Source: Rozella allomycis CSF55 (Eukaryota). Taken from it: DNA of 20,000 bases. The position numbers and the translations under genes are program-made. Positions 10,150 through 19,830 of this stretch are shown here, piece after piece (positions within the stretch are counted from its first letter, which is position 1; every line of letters starts with the position of its first letter). The notes under the pieces were generated by a model, which saw only the letters and a program-made list of their open reading frames with translations, had not been told where the DNA came from and did no database searches. Location: the NCBI GenBank assembly GCA_000442015.1, contig KE560565.1, forward strand, positions 44,248-64,247, read 5' to 3'.

Positions 10150-12497
10150 TCTTCACGATCTGTAATAATTGCATTCTGCCTGTATCACTAAGCTCATTAG
10201 TTTGTCGCCTTTGTGCCCTTGACTATTCCACCAGGTTTTCTTTACTTTAGAGTCTTTTAATTCTTTTTCTACACAGTCTTTCTTATAGTCCCTGAACTGA
10301 ACAAAAACAACATGCATATATCTTACTGATGCATGCTTCAAAGTCCTGGTTCGTCCACTGATCACTACCTTGCAAACATATTCATTTTCGCCTTCTCAAA
10401 GTAAGCTTTCTAACATCTCAAAACCATAATTCTTAGTATTGCCAAAGACATTCACGGTCCAATACAAATGTCCATTTGGTTTGACTGACAACGTCTTTTT
10501 TTTCTTATTTAATACTCTAACAAAATCATAATCCTTCTAGTTTGACAAGATGTCCCTATTCACTAACCTGAGTTTTAGTCTTGGTATAGGTTTCATTTCA
10601 GACTAACAAACTTTTTACTCACCAAAGTCTGTGAGACTGTAAGAAAAAGATTTTAAAGTATTTTCGGGTATAGATAGCCGGATAGAAGTATTAGTCTTGC
10701 TGCAGTGAGTCTTGGTATTTTCAGCCTTTTCAGGAGGGTGGTAGACAGAGCCCTGCACGGGTCGGATTTCAAGACCCGCGACCCGCAACCAGCCAGAAGC
10801 GGTAACTTGCGACCCACCCCACTAAATTTCAACTTCCAAAATCTCGACCCGCGACCCAACCCGCAGATTATACCCTGGTTTAGGTGGCTGGTATCTGAAC
10901 CATTTCGTTTCATGATTTATGCCAAATTTTATGAATATCATTATAGCAGACAGCAGTAAATCATTATTGCATTGACTATTACTATATATATTTTATAACA
11001 ACCTAGTAATACGTTACTCTTTTGAGTTTGGCATATCGTGGGCCCGTGGCTAGATCTGTAGGGCTATGTTATATGTATAACAGAAAATGTTATCATCCTA
11101 GTCTAATTAGTCTTTGTCTATTTTCTAATTTCTTTCATGAATAAATGGTCTAAAATATTGATACATCAATGATTAACAGCACTTATAGACCAAAATGTAG
11201 TTATGACAAATTTTGACGCATAATGCCCCGCGCCAATATTTTAAACGGTTGCTTAAATCAAGATATTATATTAAATAAGCACAGTTTGGCCACTCTGCAG
11301 GAAGGCATAGGTCAGTTGAATATAGAGTTGGCCATGAGCCGGCCGGCAACCGTTCGAGACTTGACGTTTTGCTATTTTTTTTCATAAATAGCCCAACCAA
11401 CTTCGACCCGCAACCACCCATCATAAAAAATGTAGACCCGCAACCCAACCCATTTGGCTATTTGCGGGTCGTGGGTTGGGTTTTTTGCGGGTCTGACCTG
11501 CAGACCCAAACCCGTGCAGGGTTCTGGTGGTAGACCAAGAAACAATTCCACTAATGTAGTCCTAAACCAATCCTAAAATAGATGTGTTTTATTAACATTC
11601 AATGTTCAACAATCAACATCTGTTGCAACAAACTAAAAACAATGTTCAAGCCAATGCAGAATGCTTAGGATTAACGATTCCAGAAATGTTCTTATATAAG
11701 CTCAATATTGACATTTCGCTGTTGAACAATTAGATTCCATGACTTAACCACTAATTCCACTAAATTCGGATAGACCTAGTCAAGACTTCATCATGAAAGA
11801 TCATCCTTCAAAAACAAACATACTTTATCTGTTATTTCATTATCATCTTTATGTACAATTTTCAATTCATGAACTTTGTAATTCATTGTAAAACACCTTT
11901 ACTTCAAACTCGTTAGTTATTTAATAATTTCTAATATATACATTTAATATTTTTAACAGATATTTCATTCCCAAAATGATTACACTTAATGACTTTACAT
12001 TACAATGTCCCTAACTCCTTTCGTATAAGAAATTTCCTTTTGTGTCACTATACGATGAACAAGTTAACGATCAATGAGAATACTTTTAGCAAGAAGACGT
12101 TAGGTTCATCCATAATCCATCAACGAGTCTCTTGCACTTCCATTTGAATGTTTGGGTTAACCAAATACTTACTAATTGCTAAAAAACACTGACACTGGAC
12201 CCAATTGTTCTAAAGGGAAAAGCATTTATTTTTANGACTTTACATTACAATGTCCCTAACCCTTTCGTATAAGAAATTTCCTTTTGTGTCACTACACGAT
12301 GAAAAAGTTAACGATCAATGAGAATATTTTTAGCAAGAACTAGAAGACGTTAGGTTCATCCATAATCCATCAACGAGTCTCTTGCACTTCCATTTGAATG
12401 TTTGGGTTAACCAAAAATCTAATACTTACTAATTGCTAAAGAAAACTGACACTGGACCCAATTGTTCTAAAGGGAAAAGCATTTATTTATATACCAT
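10150..12497 (-). pseudogene. Decayed intron-containing gene of unknown function ('gene X'), interrupted by the hAT element
   Basis: Coding-like minus-strand pieces (e.g. KDYDFVRVLNKK..HLYWTVNVFG..VVISGRTRTLKHAS|FRDYKKDCVEK) with host-type short introns (e.g. gtaagatatatgcatgttgtttttgttcag, 30 nt). There is a candidate ATG at 12497 followed immediately by a 28-nt GT-AG intron. Many stops, no recognisable domain, boundaries uncertain. Confidence 0.4.
10746..11526. mobile_element. Complete non-autonomous hAT DNA transposon (MITE-like), 781 bp
   Basis: 17-bp TIRs CAGAGCCCTGCACGGGT / CAGAACCCTGCACGGGT (1 mismatch). Perfect 8-bp TSD GTGGTAGA at 10738-10745 and 11527-11534. Subterminal (G)ACCCG repeats clustered at both ends. 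AT-rich non-coding interior. Confidence 0.95.
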
Positions 12498-12811
12498 TGG
12501 CGCTATTTATCAAAGATATGTTTTCTGAATAAAATATGTACGAGCCCAAAAAATTTCTCTTGCCAGCCCACCTGGAATTTCCGCACTGGAGCTTACGTGT
12601 TAAAATATCTAAATAAAAATTAATTAATTTTCCCAGCCCAGTTTAAATGTTTTTTAATCTTTTTAGCCCACCTCCAAAATTTAAAAGCCACCCTACCCTT
12701 GTCTACAATTTTTAATGTTCAAAGCCCAAAAATGTGCGCCTTTTTTTACAAGTAATACCTGAATGCATAGAAAAGGAGAAATATNTGTTCAAAGCCCAAC
12801 CAAGCCACACA

Positions 12812-13950
12812 ATGGTAGAAAAATATGCGCCTTTTTTTACAAGTAATACCTGAATGCATAGAAAAGAATAAATATGTGAATCGTATGATCAAGCCGAGCA
12901 CATATTGAAAATGGATTTTGGCTCTGGTGTTTCCATGACTAAATTAAGAGGCCCGAAGATGTTTTAGAGCGAAATGTGCCCGGAATGTGAGAGACATCAA
13001 GACCCAGCTTGAAGGTGGCTGCCACTCAGTTAATTGAGGAAAATTTTGATAAATTGCCCTCGAAATTGCCAAAATTATAGAGGAGAACTCCCAAGCTGCA
13101 TCTTTATCACGACACCAAATTTATTAAAATACTAGCAAAGGCGACACAAACAAGCTCCGCGACTCAAAAACCATATTTTGGAAATTCTCAAAAAGTCACT
13201 TGAAAATTTGGACGAAATTTCGGAAAATGAAAAAAACACCAACCCCTGTTATTTGGCTTTGACATTGAGTACATTGAGTACGGAATCGCCAGAATCGGCG
13301 TTGGATGCGATGAGGATCCACTTTTTATTGGCTTTACATCAAGAGCGCTCCTTGAAAGCTGGGTGAGTGCGTACAATGATACTTGTGGAAAAGTCCAGGC
13401 GTGCGTTGACGAGACTTACAGACTCGATGAATCACACTATCAGGAAATTGTGCTTGGCATGGTTAATGTGTCTGGGCAATTTCATTTGCTACGTGTAGCA
13501 TTATCTAGTCATAAACGCGAAAAAGAATACAAATTACTCATTGGCAGTACCAATAGAATGTTAGTGAAATACAGTGCCTTCAAGTTTTGCCCTGACATTG
13601 TTGTTTCCGATGGTGCTATGTCTATGCGAAACGGTTTTGAACATTTTTTTGATGATGACTATGTCCATATTATGTGCGATACACATGTCTTAAGAAATGC
13701 AGAGAAAGATTTTTTTCCAATCTACCATTATCTTCTAGTGAAAAAGCAAAAATTTGGAAAAGTGAAATTTTGATAATTTTCCAAAAAATATCGAAAACCC
13801 GAAATGAAAGTGAATGGAAACAATATTATAGATACTTAAAAGAACTGTGCAGGAAACAAAATTACAATGCATTTTGTACATATTTATCTGAAACCTGGCT
13901 TAATCCGAATTCATTTTGGTCAAACTGGGCTTCTTACTTGATTCCACCTG
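12812..13950 (+). mobile_element. MULE (Mutator-like) DDE transposase pseudogene, N-terminal and core part
   Basis: VGCDEDPLFIGFTSRALL, first Asp in CVDETYRL, GMVNVSGQFHLL, second Asp in PDIVVSDGA, CxxH motif MCDTHVLRN, and YLSETWL..FWSNWASYLIPP. Frameshifts and stops are present. Confidence 0.9.
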
Positions 13951-13989
13951 TTAACCATAATGTTTTTATGTTTATACTACCTGTTTAGA

Positions 13990-14079
13990 TGCCAACTAGA
14001 GTACATTCATCCCAATCCTAAAAAGAGGATATCTGCATCAAAGGCCTTAAACTACCCCTTAATGTCAGGAATATCGTGA
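13990..14079 (+). pseudogene. Protein kinase C-terminal fragment (subdomain XI), displaced by inversion
   Basis: Translates as CQLEYIHPNPKKRISASKALNYPLMSGIS*, matching the kinase P.KR.SA..AL.HP motif. It becomes collinear with the minus-strand kinase piece at 14474-14695 if 13950-14473 is re-inverted. Confidence 0.7.
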
Positions 14080-14104
14080 ATATAAAAAAAATATAATTAT
14101 TTTA

Positions 14105-14474
14105 CAATTTAGGGAAGGATTCAAATTTTTCAGTGCCAAAGACATTAATACATGACAGCATGTCCTCCAATACAACCAGTTTCTACAGTCACAGGAACCT
14201 GTATCAAGATGAATAATAAAACATAATGATTGTTTTTCTCATTTATAAGCTTGGTTTTTTGTGAACCAATAGTTTTGTCGAAAGTATAAATACGAATATT
14301 GCTGATTGCTTTGTTAACAGCATCTTGGTCATAGTTGCGATATAATAATTTTTTTTAAAAGTAAACTTTAAAGCATTTCCAAAATCAAAAACAACTGATT
14401 CTAACTTTTCCATAAGCTCAACCGCTGTAAATCGTTTTCGTTTAGTGTATGGCGTTATTGGTGAAAGCGTAACC
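14105..14474 (-). mobile_element. MULE transposase C-terminal part with SWIM zinc finger, inverted relative to its N-terminal part
   Basis: The minus strand reads GYAFTNNAI (motif preceding the catalytic Glu, then a deletion/frameshift), YTKRKRFTAVELMEKL, and the SWIM finger GSCDCRNWLYWRTCCHVL (14152-14193). Confidence 0.85.
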
Positions 14475-14695
14475 TTGGTATTTTTCTGTCCATATTTGAA
14501 CAACAAGATTATCACCTGGACAATTTTAATGATTCAATATCTGGATGAGCCATTGTTCCTTACAAGTTGATATTCGTATTCCGTACCTGCCAAAGTTATA
14601 TAAACTTCCAACATTAAAAGAAACATTTAACAAACAGCCCAGTATACCACCAAAGGAGCATATGACATTCGTTGGTTCAATTACCCAATTTGGTT
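14474..14695 (-). pseudogene. Protein kinase fragment (subdomain IX-X), paralogous to 7955-8175
   Basis: NVICSFGGILGCLL; high nucleotide identity to 7955-8175. Confidence 0.75.
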
Positions 14696-15862
14696 ATGGA
14701 CTATTCATTAAATTTGAAAATAGCCAATGAAAACCGTTGTGGCTGAGGTTATTTAAAAGTTTTTCTTCAGCCAGGGTACATGATTTCAGAATTTCCAGAA
14801 TAGCATATAAAACAATATTCAAAATTGTTCACATTCTCCCCCTCTTGTGGAATGAAGTCGGAAGGCATACAGGATCATCAGAGTCTTCATATTTAAATTA
14901 TTTGGATCAGATTTGTCTCCAGAGCTATCATTAGAGTTTTCGACATCTTGAAATTTTTCAGATACAGAATTATTTAATAAATTTCATTAGTATTGAATTC
15001 AATTAATCTTTGAGCTGATTAGCAAGCCGGAACGTAGTGTAGGGGAAGCTTTTATAGTTTGGCGTTCACGAAATTTTTTAAATGCCTAGGGGCGTACATT
15101 TTTCGGAAAACATTACACCAAAAAGTACTTCAAAAAATAAAAATTTTAGACCGGAAAAAAGACCATTCGATTCAGCAGGCAAAGTTTCCATTGTCTGACC
15201 ACGAACGGCTCCAAAGCCCGTGTTTTGAGGGCCCANAACATTAAAAGAAACATTTAACAAACAGCCCAGTATACCACCAAAGGAGCATATGACATTCGTT
15301 GGTTCAATTACCCAATTTGGTTATGGACTATTCATTAAATTTGAAAATAGCCAATGAAAACCGTTGTGGCTGAGGTTATTTAAAAGTTTTTCTTCAGCCA
15401 GGGTACATGATTTCAGAATTTCCAGAATAGCATATAAAACAATATTCAAAATTGTTCACATTCTCCCCCTCTTGTGGAATGAAGTCGGAAGGCATACAGG
15501 ATCATCAGAGTCTTCATATTTAAATTATTTGGATCAGATTTGTCTCCAGAGCTATCATTAGAGTTTTCGACATCTTGAAATTTTTCAGATACAGAATTAT
15601 TTAATAAATTTCATTAGTATTGAATTCAATTAATCTTTGAGCTGATTAGCAAGCCGGAACGTAGTGTAGGGGAAGCTTTTATAGTTTGGCGTTCACGAAA
15701 TTTTTTAAATGCCTAGGGGCGTACATTTTTCGGAAAACATTACACCAAAAAGTACTTCAAAAAATAAAAATTTTAGACCGGAAAAAAGACCATTCGATTC
15801 AGCAGGCAAAGTTTCCATTGTCTGACCACGAACGGCTCCAAAGCCCGTGTTTTGAGGGCCCA
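14610..15862. repeat. 626-bp direct duplication (14610-15235 / 15237-15862) separated by a single N; probable assembly artefact
   Basis: The copies look identical by eye and give identical ORF translations (14737-14934 = 15364-15561). They abut exactly at N15236. Confidence 0.85.
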
Positions 15863-16460
15863 ACTTTTGGTCTAAAAATAGATTTCGGATTTTCTGGAAA
15901 TACCTATGGCCGAGAGACCACGTCGACAGACAGCGATCATACAACGAAGACTTTGATGTGCTAGAGTACTTATCCCAGCGTGCAAGTAAGAGATGCTTTA
16001 TGTATATGAAAAAAGATCGGGGCAAGTATAAGCGAAGAAGTGTAGGCCGTAAACGCAGGAGAGACGACGACGCCGACAATGATGGAGACTGGGTGCCTCC
16101 ACCAAACATCATTCCGCCTGATCCGCACCCGAACCAACAAGCCGAACCCGAGACCATGTCCTAAGCTGATTACCTTGCGGCATTTGATAGCGAAGCGAAC
16201 AGGCCTTTGCACCAACAGCCCTGGGCCAAGGACAGAATGAAGCGATTCCAAAAAGATGGAGAAGTTTCAACAAGCAAGATGCCGTACTTGTCACGACATG
16301 TGGCCTACCTCTCGGTGAAAAGGAAATGTCACTTGGTCTCTCTTTCGTGGCTCTATCAAGTGCGAAACGCTTGAAGGATATGATTGTCATGCCCATATTC
16401 TTTGACCGTTAGACAAGGATCCTCGACTTAGCGCACGGTATTGTCCACTATGTTTTTCCT
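15646..16460 (+). mobile_element. Internally deleted Helitron/Helentron-like (Rep-PIF1 helicase) element remnant
   Basis: 16311-16412 translates LGEKEMSLGLSFVALSSAKRLKDMIVMPIFFDR, the PIF1-family motif VI region (GxxYVALSR). It is fused directly to DYLAAFDSEANRPLHQQPWAKDRMKRF..RCRTCHDMWP (16168-16309), a CxxC segment resembling N-termini of Helitron-like Rep/helicase proteins. Decayed ORF starts at ~15906. Element ends are tentative. Confidence 0.65.
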
Positions 16461-17370
16461 ATTTTTGTGGTCGGAGTGATCGGAAATATATAGTTGTTAA
16501 AATATGGTAAACAATGTTATAAATTTAGTGGCTTGACTCACGACATACATTGCCAATGGACTGTTCAGCAGAAAGGCTTTAAGAACAAATTTGGCGTGGT
16601 GCTGTTACTACATTTAGCTACAAAGACAGGTCTTATTGTAGGTAAACATTGAAATTACGTTTTAATCAATATACTGTCACCTAAAGGCCCACATAATCTA
16701 AATTTAAAGAGAAATAATTAAATAATACGTCATATATATATATACCATACTGCTATTAATTTCAGAGTGGTCTTTTTCGGATTTAACATCCTAATGTTAC
16801 ACCATTTTTAGAATCTCGTTTGGTTTATGGGGTCATATAGGTTACCTCATGAATATTTCCCTAAAACCTATATATTGTTTGTTACGTTGAAATCAGTGAT
16901 TTGGCGCATGCATATTTATAGTGCACTCCAACTCCTGTTTAAGCTGCAAATTGTTTCCTTTTCAAATTTCCATATACATGCGTGGTCAGTTCCTTTCCCA
17001 ACCGCACACACCCTTTGCGATTTGTGGTTTGGCTATTGGATCTCGTTTTTGCTAAATAGTCGAGCTTCGGTATATTCACAAAAATCTAATGAAACGAGTA
17101 TGCGTTTGTTACTGGCTGATACGCTTTGTTAATGGCAGTGTTTGGGCAGTTAATTGTTTTCTTGACAAAAGCTATCTTTGACATATAGTCCAGCCTGACC
17201 CAACGAACTGTGCATCAAAGTAACTAAAATATTTGTCGCCATGAAACGCCAGGGTTATTCAATGTTTACACCATTGCTTGGGGACTGGTAGACAACATAG
17301 TGGTGACCAATAGAGAATAAGGGAGCTCGTAAACAATACTGTAAATCTGTATACTATAATATGGTATTTA

Positions 17371-17489
17371 TGTTGAATTAAAGTTTGAAAGACCAAACCT
17401 GAGAATTGAGGTCACGTGACCTGCACTTCAACCTATATAAATCACCCTTGTTAAATAGACACTAATTCTTCATCTTACTTGTTTCTACA
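17371..17489 (+). repeat. Putative 5' LTR of the Ty1/copia element (119 bp)
   Basis: TGTTGAA...TTCTACA termini (TG..CA, 6/7 inverted match), palindrome AGGTCACGTGACCT (17409-17422) and TATATAAA (17434-17441). Followed immediately by CGTTATAAGC (PBS-like) and the gag ATG at 17505. The second LTR is not in the window. Confidence 0.7.
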
Positions 17490-18073
17490 CGTTATAAGCA
17501 TCATATGTCGAAGCCAACTGCTACTCCTGAACTGAAAACATTCAAGATAGAGCCAAAACTTTCTAAAGTGGAAGACTACTCTTTGTGGTCACAAGAATCC
17601 AAACACTGAATCTATGGGACGATAAGTCCGACCAACCTACTGAAAGCACACTTGTCAACGACAGAAAGTGAACAGCGTGAGCGACGAGAGCATAAGAGGA
17701 CTTATGGAATGCACCTCAACCACTGAAATATGGAATGCCATTACCAACAAATTCGAATCTCCATCCATCTCAAGACGACTGCGTGTTTTACGCAATCTTG
17801 TCACATTCAAATTCCCAGCTGAACCAACCAACGAATCTATCAAAGAGGCCTTTAATAATCTCATGGAAATGCATCGTACATTGAGCAATTTAACTGACAA
17901 AAGTAACATATCTGTTACTGAATTAACCACTTTCATCTCACTAGCCGCAATGCCAAACGTTTGTTTTGATGGACTACGAAGTATCTTGGAATACGAACTG
18001 GAAATAGGCGAAACCCTCACTCTAGAGGACATTAAATTGAAGTTATTGCATGACGTGGAAAGTGGATCGGGAC

Positions 18074-18282
18074 GGCTAAATCTATACACACCCGGGGTGT
18101 CTGAACANTAGGCGATTAAATATTCTATTTTCTTTCGATCTTTCTATTTTTAGATTTATATATCAGCCACAGTGGATTAAACTCGAGCCAGTGAGGCGCA
18201 TTACTTGCCATTCCATTCCACCAATCATATTTCTTCTTACCTATGGGGTGTGGTCACACCCGGGGTGTAATTTCCTTTAGCC
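18074..18282. mobile_element. TIR DNA transposon with 9-bp TSD (Mutator- or Merlin-like) inserted in copia gag; interior broken by N18108
   Basis: TSD GATCGGGAC at 18065-18073 and 18283-18291. Imperfect TIRs GGCTAAA-N6-YACACCCSGGGTGT. Removing the element and one TSD restores the gag frame (..VESGSG|LNQATTTT..). Confidence 0.88.
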
Positions 18283-18845
18283 GATCGGGACTTAACCAAG
18301 CAACTACTACTACTACACTACTAACAAAGACCAAGACGAAAAGCAACCACTGTGAACACAACTTTGAATCTTCAAAATGCTGCACTGCAATGTTCTAACC
18401 AATGGCTGTCATCGATACATCAAAGCAGGAGAGAAGCGAGTCAAACACCGAGAAGGTTCCGCCTCATGCGCATCTGCAACTGCACTGAAGCCATCCCACA
18501 AGGCCAACCTAGTCTGGACTGTTGATAGCGCTATCACTGACCACTTGACATCAAATAAAGAAACATTCGAGCTTGACAAGGAATATTCAAAAATATTCAA
18601 ATTATTTAGAAGTTGCTAATGGCACTCAAATGCCAATTATCGGTAACGGAAACATGCGCCTGGGCAAGCTCAATTTACTGAACACCCTGATGTGTCCACA
18701 AGCTACCCACAACTTAGTCTCAGTCCCACAACTAACCCGTGACGGATTCACTGCCACAATCGTTACTGAAAATAGATGCCTCATATAACAACTAACACCA
18801 ACTCATATTAGACAGCCCACCACTTTTGGCAGCAGAGCTGAACTC

Positions 18846-19326
18846 TAGAGACCTGCATGAGACGGTTTTTCTCAGCAAGTACTCGTTCTCGCGAGAGATG
18901 AGACAAAACCAACACGATTCCCACATACCACCAACTTTCTATGAATGAGACCGAGTACTCGCCACCCCTTCACACCCTTGCCAATCCCGAAATTTACAGA
19001 ATGGAGCCTAACGTAAAGGAACAAATAATGATGAAACTTGATCGCAAAGAATACATTTCTATTCCTTATGAACCCAAAAATGAACGCAAAATTCGTAGCG
19101 CGGCTTGGGAGTTTTTTCATTTGGTATGTGATACCAAACAGGACTCTGTTGGGTATGCACTTTTCCAGCACTGCAAGGAACGAGATGGTTTAATAAGCGT
19201 TAAACATAAAAGCACTTCCGGGCTTCTCAAACATATAAACATCTGCAAGAAAAGAAAACTTTCCGAGACCAGTTTTCGGAGCCAGGTCAAATGCCAATAA
19301 CTTCATTTTTAAAAGTAAAAAATATT
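18846..19326 (+). mobile_element. 5' end of a hAT transposon inserted in the copia element (truncated by gap)
   Basis: Begins TAGAGACCTGCA, similar to the CAGAGCCCTGCA terminus of the hAT at 10746. It starts exactly where copia homology breaks; the uninterrupted site appears after the N, at 19328-19365. Confidence 0.8.
18941..19300 (+). pseudogene. hAT transposase N-terminus with BED zinc finger (partial)
   Basis: RSAAWEFFHLV..GYALFQHC..STSGLLKHINIC matches BED S.VW.HF..CxxC..TS.L.RH..C. The first Cys is replaced by Phe, and the frame closes early. Confidence 0.8.
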
Positions 19327-19632
19327 NCCACCACTTTTGGAAGCAGCGCTGAACTCACAATCACTACTCAGTTAAACAACTTAAAAAACCATTCAGCCAA
19401 CGTTGTGACCGCTATGGAGATTCATTGCAAACTAGGTCACATTAGTTTCAGGCGTCTGTATGACATACGGTCCAGATTGCCACAAGGCCCAACATGTAAT
19501 CCCAATAAGATGCAACCATGCACATTCTACCTGCAGGTAAAATCCAAAAGAAGTCTTCCTATGACTCAACTATGAGATAAACCAAACCGTATTGGAGATG
19601 TTGTTGTACANAAAAATATTATTTCCTTTTTT

Positions 19633-19830
19633 TCAAAGGTGAAAAAGGCTCCAGACAAGGCTGTTGCAAGCTGTCGTAATGCACAATTAAACTTAGTCTT
19701 AGCCCTGTGTCTGCTTTGTTAGTAGGCCGAACCCTTTCCATGGTTGGTGTCCGNGTTTTCAAAAGGTAAAAAATGCTCCAGACAAGGCTGTTGCAAGCTG
19801 TCGTAATGCTCAATTAAACTTAGTCTTAGC
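19633..19830. repeat. ~70-bp diverged direct repeat on either side of N19754
   Basis: TTCAAA(A)GGT..GCTCCAGACAAGGCTGTTGCAAGCTGTCGTAATGC[A/T]CAATTAAACTTAGTCTTAGC occurs at ~19633-19703 and ~19758-19830, after which the sequences diverge. Confidence 0.75.

Larger units (their letters stand above)
17371..19610 (+). mobile_element. Degenerate Ty1/copia LTR retrotransposon (gag-protease-GAG-pre-integrase, truncated at a gap)
   Basis: gag: KLSKVEDYSLWS, EIWNAITNKFESPSISRRL. Protease: WTVDSAITDHLT, LEVANGTQMPIIGNG, HNLVSVPQL. Pre-integrase: IHCKLGHIS..C..KSKR. The protease-then-integrase order is copia type. Frameshifts and two nested insertions. Confidence 0.92.

Noticed and set aside
10653-11448. 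ORFs 10653-10913, 10705-10959 and 11266-11448
   Set aside because: They run through GC-rich subterminal repeats of the hAT element and have no transposase motifs.
10770-11515. GACCCG repeat clusters as a CRISPR-like or iteron array
   Set aside because: Irregular spacing, eukaryotic context and position inside TIRs identify them as hAT subterminal repeats.
12236-12784. Third tandem copy of the 7119-7667 sequence
   Set aside because: Bounded by Ns on both sides and overlapping both neighbours; probably a separately assembled repeat or haplotype contig rather than a real extra copy.
13989-14050. Reading this segment as the MULE catalytic-Glu region (MPT..EYIH.ILKRGY)
   Set aside because: It needs two frameshifts, whereas the true TNNAI motif is on the minus strand at ~14450-14474 and the kinase subdomain XI reading is uninterrupted.
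14696-15018. Coding-like minus-strand fragment replacing the kinase 5' part in the second copy
   Set aside because: Multiple stops and no recognisable motif; cannot be assigned.
16460-17370. ORF 16827-17132 and minus-strand coding-like fragments
   Set aside because: No recognisable domain or consistent exon model; left unannotated.
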